From the IMG/VR virus record IMGVR_UViG_3300025867_000005: a DNA stretch of 64,000 nucleotides; one strand, 5' to 3'. Made by a program: the position numbers and the translations under genes. Below, one piece after another: positions 56,884 to 64,000 of this stretch. The notes under the pieces are model-generated. The model had not been told where the DNA came from and made no database searches. It was given only the letters and a program-made list of their open reading frames with translations. Each line of letters begins with the position of its first letter. The stretch's first letter is position 1. Source of the DNA: a virus. Taxonomy: Duplodnaviria > Caudoviricetes.

Positions 56884-57516
56884 TTACGGAAGGATGGAAT
56901 CGAATCCGCAAGCCGCGACTCTAGCCGTCAGCTTCTTATTGAAACGAAGCCGCAGGTTTCCGTTACACGGGTCAATGACATACTTAATGTCTTCACATCC
57001 ATAGTAACAGTTAAATTGATAAGCTCTAGACTGACAACCGGCATTGGCTGAAACGTCCTGACAAGTTCCTACGGCATCACATGTAAGACTTTCGACCCTT
57101 ACCGTTGACTGATTTCCACAACCCGTAACCACACCGTCACCGCAGGTTCCGCTTCCGGAACAATCCAAGTTGAGGTTCCCAGCGCAGATCTTCGCGGAGC
57201 AACAAACCTTCTTCCCGTTCCTTCCGATTCTGTTAAGAATTCCGACATCCAGAGTCCCTTGAACCTGTTCCTTACATCCGTCCTGATTGAAATCGCCAGT
57301 CAAGACGATTTGCGCAGGGTTCGTTGAAAGGAATCCATTGTTGTCATATTCAAGACAGGCGAACCCGCTGAAAGTCTTTGTTTTGTATTCCCTTGACTGT
57401 CCTGAAATTACAGGAACCTTGCAAGAAAGCTTGACATCATAGACATCCTGCTTCCCTGCAAACACAGACACCGCCGTAAGACCGGCCACCAACATAGAAA
57501 CGATCATCTTCTTCAT
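56884..57516 (-). CDS. secreted Cys-rich protein
   Basis: signal peptide MKKMIVSMLVAGLTAVSVFA; AGGAG RBS; many Cys. Confidence 0.75.
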   Translation of the reverse strand: MKKMIVSMLVAGLTAVSVFAGKQDVYDVKLSCKVPVISGQSREYKTKTFSGFACLEYDNNGFLSTNPAQIVLTGDFNQDGCKEQVQGTLDVGILNRIGRNGKKVCCSAKICAGNLNLDCSGSGTCGDGVVTGCGNQSTVRVESLTCDAVGTCQDVSANAGCQSRAYQFNCYYGCEDIKYVIDPCNGNLRLRFNKKLTARVAACGFDSILP

Positions 57517-57535
57517 ACTCTTTTCTCCTTTTCTT

Positions 57536-58693
57536 TTATTTCGCGGAAAACGTAATCCGGTTTCCGTGATGTACAATAGTTTGTCTCCCTGCTTTTTTTG
57601 TCAGATACGAAGCGATTTTCTTCATTGTCTCATAACTGTAATCTTCTTCTTCCGGATCGAAGTCCCGAAAAAGGCTGACAGTTTTGACATATTTCCTAAG
57701 AATGAATTCGTGTTCAGAAGGTTTCATTCTCATGTGGTTGAATTTTGTCATTATTTTGATCAAGTAATCATCATAGACTTCTTTGCTAACATATTCTTCG
57801 AATCGGTTTAGGATGTCGAAATAGACTTCTTTCATCTTTTTCCACTGCTTGGTTTCTGTTTGAAGATAGATACATAATTCCTTACCTACTTCAACGGAAT
57901 ACCCTAGCCAATAACAAAGACCATGTTTCTCACGGATGTTTTCAATAAGCGGACTGAAGAACCCGTCAGACATCAGATTCGCGAAGAATCTAAGGCTCAA
58001 TTCAGTGAAACCGCAGTTCTTCCTGTTGATTTTAGACAGCAGTATTTGGAAATCAGACTGTCTCTTTACTTCTGAAGTTACGGTTTTGTTTACGAATTTA
58101 GCAGAAAGGACCCTCTCTTTCACATCGGGTTCACAGACTTCAATCTCCCAATGAAGGGATGAAAACAAATGCTTCACGCTCTTTCCGCCTACAAAAACTA
58201 CACACGTAGGTTTAGAAAAATGTTCCACGTAGAACATTTTGAACTTCTTATATGTTATTGCTTCGATATCTTCTCGGCTACCGATAGGGCCGTCATACCC
58301 GAAAATCTCTCGATTTGCCCTTATCTGTATATTATAGTCATTGATAAATGAATCATACTCTTGCAGAATGATAGACTTTTCTTCTTCAAACTCTTTTTCA
58401 GTAGGGACGTAAGACAGACATTCTTTAACATAGTCCCGTGCGAACCTTGCGATTTCAAGATCCCCGCTTCTGCAATAGAAACAAACGCAATCATCATCTG
58501 TAAAGGCATTGGTTTCGATATTGTAGATGTTGATTACCTTCCTGAATTCCTTTTCCTTCTTGCACTTCAGATGTTCCGCAAGATGGCTGATACCACGGAA
58601 TCCTTTCTTTTCAAAAAGGCCTCCCGCTTTGTAAATGGCATAAATGGCGGCGAAACCGCTTGATTCTTCTTCAAAAAACACTCCTGATTCCAT
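57536..58693 (-). CDS. M16-family (insulinase) Zn peptidase
   Basis: GISHLAEHL (HxxEH), NAFT, EKSIILQE, IREKHGLCY. Confidence 0.9.
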   Translation of the reverse strand: MESGVFFEEESSGFAAIYAIYKAGGLFEKKGFRGISHLAEHLKCKKEKEFRKVINIYNIETNAFTDDDCVCFYCRSGDLEIARFARDYVKECLSYVPTEKEFEEEKSIILQEYDSFINDYNIQIRANREIFGYDGPIGSREDIEAITYKKFKMFYVEHFSKPTCVVFVGGKSVKHLFSSLHWEIEVCEPDVKERVLSAKFVNKTVTSEVKRQSDFQILLSKINRKNCGFTELSLRFFANLMSDGFFSPLIENIREKHGLCYWLGYSVEVGKELCIYLQTETKQWKKMKEVYFDILNRFEEYVSKEVYDDYLIKIMTKFNHMRMKPSEHEFILRKYVKTVSLFRDFDPEEEDYSYETMKKIASYLTKKAGRQTIVHHGNRITFSAK

Positions 58694-58744
58694 TACTTTA
58701 TTCCTTTTTTTGATATTTGACGCAAAGATACAGAGGGAAAACAC

Positions 58745-61700
58745 ATGATCGATACCGTCAAAACAATTATTCTTTGCCTGTCAATCCAGGCAATTTGCTT
58801 GTTCGCCAACTCCGCACAACAAACCGTCTTCGTTACAAAACAAGATAGGGAAGCGATTAGAAATATCCAAAGCCGCACGAATTTTTACGAAAGGGCCGTC
58901 GTCACCAACGGAACAGAAAACTTCAGGCTTGATGACAACGGAATTTCGATTTCCAACGTCTCTTTGAAGAACCTTACATTTCCAAATGGTTCTGTAAGCA
59001 ATTATTTCTGGGGTAAGGAAATCATTGTAGATTCAGAAGGGAAAGGTAATTTCTCCACAATACAAGGGGCGGTTGACTATATCGACGGGATTCATGATAC
59101 AAATGACAGTATTGAAATCAGTGTAAGGGTTGTAGCTGGTAGCTATTATGAAAATGTAGTGGTAAGAAAAAAGAATATCATTATAAGAGGTGATGATAGG
59201 AGAAGTAAACTTTGGGGAAGTTTAACTATTATGGATTCTCCGACATTTGTTTCTGGTTTGTATATTCGTAGCGTGGACGGAAAAACTCCAGTAACCTATA
59301 CAAATGTAAACTCCTCTGTGCTTGGAAGCCTGCATAACTGTTATATCCTTAATGCTATAAATGTGGATACGAACACTTATTGCTTTGCTGTTGCTAATTG
59401 CAACGTTAAGGTGAACCTAAATAATACGGAACTTTATACCGCTAACAGACATTCAGGAGAAAATGCAAAATCTGTTCTGTTCTATATGAGCGGACCCGGT
59501 GGCGGAAACTTGGAAGTACATGGATGCAGGCTTAAAACATCTTCTTTAGGACCTGAAAAGAACAATGATGAAATTCTTGCTATTCTTGACGGTACTTCCA
59601 ACATGCAGATCGAAAATTCCACATGGACACCGGTTCACGACGAATATCCATCAGTCATTATTAATGACAATTCTTGGGTCGGCTGGTTCGAAAGTGCCTG
59701 CGAAACTGATCAGAATCTTGACAGACATATTGAAGTAAAAGGAACAAGTCCGAACAAGATATGGTATTACCCTAAAGAAGTCGGAAGTCTTAAAGTCACC
59801 GGAAATCTTAGATTGGGAACTGGAGATTCACATATTCGGCTTTTCAGCGACGGAACCAATACTTTCCAAGAAGATGTCAATTCTGTAACAAGCATGTTGC
59901 TTACGGCAAACAACGGCGGTCTTACCAACGAAAATGACAGCATTGCCCTTAACGCTCTTTCGATATTCGCGGATACCAACAGGGTTGAAACTTTGTGGTC
60001 GAGAGACAGGACGGAATTTCGAGACGCGACAGGCGGTGTTTGGAGAATCTACACCATTGTTTCTAATGAACTTCCGGTTGTCGTTACCCAACATTATGAT
60101 ACCATTGCTCTTGATTCAACTCTTACCAATTACCTCAAACAGACGGATTTGTCAGGGACTATAACGAATATCATCTTCGGTTTGGGATACGTTTCAAACT
60201 ATCAGGAGAATGTGACGTTAGGAGGTGTCGGTCTCGGAACTTATGAAAAAGATTCCATTGCTGCAAGCAATTTGTTTCTAGGAGGAACCGCTATTGTTTC
60301 CAATGATTTGGATGTGTCTGGGGCGACAAGAACTACAGATTTATATGCGGAAAGGATCGGGGTGAAGACAAACACTCCGCAGGAAGCCCTTCATATCAAT
60401 GGGAACGCCTTAATAGAATCAAACCTTACCGCTTCTTCTGTTCATTCCACTTCCGGAGATCTGTATCTACAAGGCACAAATTTCGGCCCCAGGATTGTCA
60501 ACAGCATTACAAACGGACAGGATAATGTAACGCTTGCGGGAACCGTATTCTCATCAACCGGGAATAGGGTTGTTTTCCCAAACAACGCAACCTATATACG
60601 AAGCGATGGAACTCTTTACGGGCACGTTCTTGGAACTTATGATGCCGTTACCGCGCAACTGGTAGATTCTCCTGTTTATGGCAACGCTCCGTTTGGACTC
60701 CAGTTTGGTTCTTCCGCAATGATAAGCTGGTCAGCGGCTCAAATGTGGGCAGAAAAGGACACCTTTATTTATAGAGATTCTTTTGGAACGGTTGGAATTT
60801 CAAGCAATCTCGTTGTTATTGGAACGAATACGGCTTACTCTTTCAGCACGACAAACTTTTATGGACTTGGCCCGACTATTGCCAATGCTCAGCTTAATCT
60901 TTTCAGCGACGGAACCAACACCTTTAGTAAAGACGTTAACGGAAGCAATTCAATGTTTTTAACGACATCTAATGGAGGCATTACAAACGGGCAAGACAAC
61001 GTTAGTTTCGGGACAATTTCCTCATCGAACCTGACGAGTATCGGGACTGTCGTTATGACGAATGGTTCTGTTTTTATTCAAGGTGCTGAAAACCGTGAAG
61101 GTCATGCTCCACTTGTTGTTCAAAATACTACACCCTATTCTGATCCTTGGTCACAATATGCTCAGATCTGGCTAAATTCTGCTGGAGTAACTTTCGCACG
61201 TATGCGTGTTGATGGAACGTTTATGATGAACGGCAGGATTGACGGAACACATTTCAACGCAGATGGTAGCCAAGGCGCTGGTTTCAATTATTTTGGGAAT
61301 GCTGGGGCGTCCATATATGGCGGTGTTTTGACAACTCCTACTTGGGGTATTGATTATCCGGCACTAGGAATTATAGATTTTAACACCTACGGAACCAACA
61401 GAATGAGAATCGGTGCCGATGGGGATATCACAATCAGCAATAATCTAACCGTTGCAAGGACCAACACAGCTTATGAAATCTTCGCAAGCAATACCGCACA
61501 TGCCAAAGACTTTTTATTGTCAGATGAATTGGGAATGACAGATACAATTAATGTCGTAAGCGGAATTTATCGGAATTATACCGATACCAATCCCATTGTT
61601 GTCGTAGATCCTAATGTCAGTATTTACAAGATAAACGTTTCAGAACCTTCTGCCTTTTCAAATGATTTGTCAAGACTGAATTTAAACAACAGAATCGCGG

Positions 61701-62344
61701 AATGGGAATTGTGGATAAACTTTACTTCTACAAATGCCCTTTCATCTACATTTCAAGGATTCGAATTCCAACATGAAACTGATTTTAGCGTCACGGGTTG
61801 CTATAAATTCGTTTGCAGCACAACCGATGGAATTACGGTACAAGCCAGACAGACGTATCCGACTATTTATGAAGTTAATGCTGTTCCGTATTGCCGAGGG
61901 GATAATAATTTCGCGTATAGTGCATATCTGAATGTCCTTGATGACGGCACAACAAATGGCGCTGTTATCGCTTTTCTCAAGCCTGACAAACACACCTATT
62001 ACATGGTAAAGATGAATGTAGGTTTCGGAAATCCGGATTGTGCGACAAACACGGTCAGTATAAGAGTCGGCACTTCAGTATATGGCGGTGGTGACAGATT
62101 GCTTCCTGAAGTCGCAGTTTCACTTCAAAATCCGAGTGAATGGTGGGCTGGCGCAACGACAGGATTCATAATGTTCCCGCCAATAGCCACTAATGGATGG
62201 TGGGATTACGAACAAATTACGCATTGGGGATTTTTTGAAGCCACAAGATTAGCAAATAACGGAAATGTTAGCTGTCAAAGGTTGTTTCTACGTCAAGCCA
62301 ATGAACTTGAAATTAAGGCTTGGGAACAGAAGAATCTGCCATAA
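58745..62344 (+). CDS. large fibre/tailspike-like protein with signal peptide and pectinesterase-like beta-helix N-domain
   Basis: VDSEGKGNFSTIQGAVD..AGSYYENVVV; IGVKTNTPQEALHING fibre motif; internal repeat LFSDGTNTF; N/T/S/G-rich. Confidence 0.7.
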   Translation: MIDTVKTIILCLSIQAICLFANSAQQTVFVTKQDREAIRNIQSRTNFYERAVVTNGTENFRLDDNGISISNVSLKNLTFPNGSVSNYFWGKEIIVDSEGKGNFSTIQGAVDYIDGIHDTNDSIEISVRVVAGSYYENVVVRKKNIIIRGDDRRSKLWGSLTIMDSPTFVSGLYIRSVDGKTPVTYTNVNSSVLGSLHNCYILNAINVDTNTYCFAVANCNVKVNLNNTELYTANRHSGENAKSVLFYMSGPGGGNLEVHGCRLKTSSLGPEKNNDEILAILDGTSNMQIENSTWTPVHDEYPSVIINDNSWVGWFESACETDQNLDRHIEVKGTSPNKIWYYPKEVGSLKVTGNLRLGTGDSHIRLFSDGTNTFQEDVNSVTSMLLTANNGGLTNENDSIALNALSIFADTNRVETLWSRDRTEFRDATGGVWRIYTIVSNELPVVVTQHYDTIALDSTLTNYLKQTDLSGTITNIIFGLGYVSNYQENVTLGGVGLGTYEKDSIAASNLFLGGTAIVSNDLDVSGATRTTDLYAERIGVKTNTPQEALHINGNALIESNLTASSVHSTSGDLYLQGTNFGPRIVNSITNGQDNVTLAGTVFSSTGNRVVFPNNATYIRSDGTLYGHVLGTYDAVTAQLVDSPVYGNAPFGLQFGSSAMISWSAAQMWAEKDTFIYRDSFGTVGISSNLVVIGTNTAYSFSTTNFYGLGPTIANAQLNLFSDGTNTFSKDVNGSNSMFLTTSNGGITNGQDNVSFGTISSSNLTSIGTVVMTNGSVFIQGAENREGHAPLVVQNTTPYSDPWSQYAQIWLNSAGVTFARMRVDGTFMMNGRIDGTHFNADGSQGAGFNYFGNAGASIYGGVLTTPTWGIDYPALGIIDFNTYGTNRMRIGADGDITISNNLTVARTNTAYEIFASNTAHAKDFLLSDELGMTDTINVVSGIYRNYTDTNPIVVVDPNVSIYKINVSEPSAFSNDLSRLNLNNRIAEWELWINFTSTNALSSTFQGFEFQHETDFSVTGCYKFVCSTTDGITVQARQTYPTIYEVNAVPYCRGDNNFAYSAYLNVLDDGTTNGAVIAFLKPDKHTYYMVKMNVGFGNPDCATNTVSIRVGTSVYGGGDRLLPEVAVSLQNPSEWWAGATTGFIMFPPIATNGWWDYEQITHWGFFEATRLANNGNVSCQRLFLRQANELEIKAWEQKNLP

Positions 62345-62384
62345 AATTTGATATCCACTCTCTTTGAAAGAGGGGAGATTAGAC

Positions 62385-64000
62385 ATGATAAAGAAACTGA
62401 TTCTTGCCGCTTTTATGGCATTCGCGTTAGACGCATATTCAGAAACTAGCATTAAAGATTGGCTTTTGACCTTAAAGGCTAGTTCTGAACAGGCTGCTGC
62501 CCATATCGGGACGGCTTGGAAACACCTTACATCTGAAGAAAAGATTCGGGTTGGCAATGCCGTAACCAATCATCAAGATACCGTTGATTTCGGAGATATA
62601 AATATCTCTGGCACTACTATCAAGAGAAGCGCTCCAGAAGATTACTGGAAATCAATCACAATCCCAAGTTTGTCAGTCTTGGATACCGCATGGATCGGAA
62701 CCGTTTCCGTCAATAATTCGATCAGTGATCAATCATGGGGAAACACAAAAATAGCTTGGGATTATCAGCGCGGTCTTGTGTTTTCAACCTCCCCGTATTT
62801 GGGTGTTCAAACAGAAAGAGCGATTATCGGACTGGATGGTAACGTCGGGATATCTAACAACCTTCTTGTCAGTGGTTACGGACAGGCGGGAGGAATCCTT
62901 CTGTCGAACGGGACGGTAGTTCTTCCGGTAAACGGTGCCACGATGACAGAACCTGGGCAAATCGGATGGGATTCCGTATGGCAGACGCCTTCCATTAGAC
63001 TTAACGACCATGTAACCGGACAGATTTTCATGGAAGATTTCGTTTTCGTCACCAACATTACAGATATCGCTATTCCTGACGGTGCGGCGGTCTATGCGAT
63101 CGGGGTCGCAGGAAATTATCAATGTGTCTATCTTGCTACTTCTACAAATATCCTTTGCAGAACCGCGACGAAGGGTTTGACAACCGAACCGATTCCCCCA
63201 CACGGAAGCGGACATGTAACTGTTCGAGGAGGTGTCAACTTCAGTGACACCTCTATGTTTGAAGTCAAAGATGTCGTTTATCTCTCAACGACTCCGGGCG
63301 TCCTTACTTCTGTTTTGCCTCAATTTCCAGAAGACCAAATTTCTATGGGTAGTGTAGATATCGTATCTTCGACAACCGGGCGTATCAGTGTCAATATCCG
63401 TGCGATTGACAGAAAAGAAGAAAACCTTGTCGGAACCCTTTATGCCTACAATTCTAAACTTTCAGATATCAATGGTTATCATCTTCTTTCCAACGAATTT
63501 GAAAGTGTTGAAGGATATACGACATACACGACTAACGGAGTGACTAACGGACAAACGGTAATTTCTTATCTTTCTCCTGTTTCCAGAGTTACTACTTTGG
63601 CAGGAGGTGTATCGGCGACAATACGGATTTATTCAACAATAAACAAAGACGGTAATAATCCCGGAGGATTGACCGCTAAGTTGTCCGTTTATACAACGAA
63701 CATGACGGTTTTGGCATCCTATACTTCAGGATATCTTGGTTTGGATCAGAACGAAATAAAACGAGATGTGCAAATTTCAATCCTTAGCAACCAGACTTTT
63801 ACCGTTCCCGTAAGGTTCTCTTTAGACCTTATTGCACAGCATACATCAGCGACTAGAAATTATTCTGTATTTGCGGAAGACGGAAGGCCGTTAAGTGTAG
63901 AAGTTCCTCTTCCTTCCGGACAGTTTGCTTTCCGAAGCGATTTGGAAAACTATGTCCTTAAAACGACATATAACGCCGGTATGTCAAATAAACTTGATGT
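62385..64000 (+). CDS. large virion/fibre-like protein with signal peptide, runs off window end
   Basis: hand-translated MIKKLILAAFMAFALDAYS; no stop in the ~350 codons translated and absent from the ORF track; GHVTVRGGV..TSMFEVKDVVYLSTTPGVLT motif. Confidence 0.75.
   Translation, partial: MIKKLILAAFMAFALDAYSETSIKDWLLTLKASSEQAAAHIGTAWKHLTSEEKIRVGNAVTNHQDTVDFGDINISGTTIKRSAPEDYWKSITIPSLSVLDTAWIGTVSVNNSISDQSWGNTKIAWDYQRGLVFSTSPYLGVQTERAIIGLDGNVGISNNLLVSGYGQAGGILLSNGTVVLPVNGATMTEPGQIGWDSVWQTPSIRLNDHVTGQIFMEDFVFVTNITDIAIPDGAAVYAIGVAGNYQCVYLATSTNILCRTATKGLTTEPIPPHGSGHVTVRGGVNFSDTSMFEVKDVVYLSTTPGVLTSVLPQFPEDQISMGSVDIVSSTTGRISVNIRAIDRKEENLVGTLYAYNSKLSDINGYHLLSNEFESVEGYTTYTTNGVTNGQTVISYLSPVSRVTTLAGGVSATIRIYSTINKDGNNPGGLTAKLSVYTTNMTVLASYTSGYLGLDQNEIKRDVQISILSNQTFTVPVRFSLDLIAQHTSATRNYSVFAEDGRPLSVEVPLPSGQFAFRSDLENYVLKTTYNAGMSNKLD

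Noticed and set aside
58745-62344. Enrichment of N-x-S/T glycosylation sequons
   Set aside because: About 25 were counted, close to what the high N, S and T content predicts; only the TN/SN bias looks excessive.

Overview
This 64 kb window is a segment of a large (jumbo-type) dsDNA phage genome in the standard genetic code. Bases 1-48031 are a + strand block of about 110 short, tightly packed genes, mostly of unknown function. The block has 23 near-consensus sigma70 promoters (TTGACA-N17-TAnnnT, usually extended -10), as expected for an early/host-takeover region. Bases 48036-58693 are a - strand block of host-like metabolic genes: PncA-PncB NAD salvage, LemA/TPM, ATP-grasp, dCMP deaminase, IF3 and an M16 peptidase. 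From 58745 to the end are two large + strand virion/fibre-like genes that carry signal peptides. Five elements stand out. (1) A promoter-driven, highly structured ~310-nt non-coding RNA lies between a YhaM-like HD nuclease gene and a TROVE(Ro)-like/TerD gene, with two expanded tRNA-like RNAs nearby; this is a candidate Ro/Y-RNA-like ribonucleoprotein system. (2) An integron gene cassette (core site plus canonical attC) carrying an adenine methyltransferase is inserted at a secondary site in the phage. (3) A type I-C CRISPR mini-array (7 repeats) has a full leader but no cas genes in the window. (4) A PncA+PncB nicotinamide-recycling operon. (5) Translation-apparatus homologues: a loop-shortened uS10, a uS3-type KH domain, a bL12 C-terminal domain and IF3. 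All family assignments are by-eye motif recognition; no searches were run.
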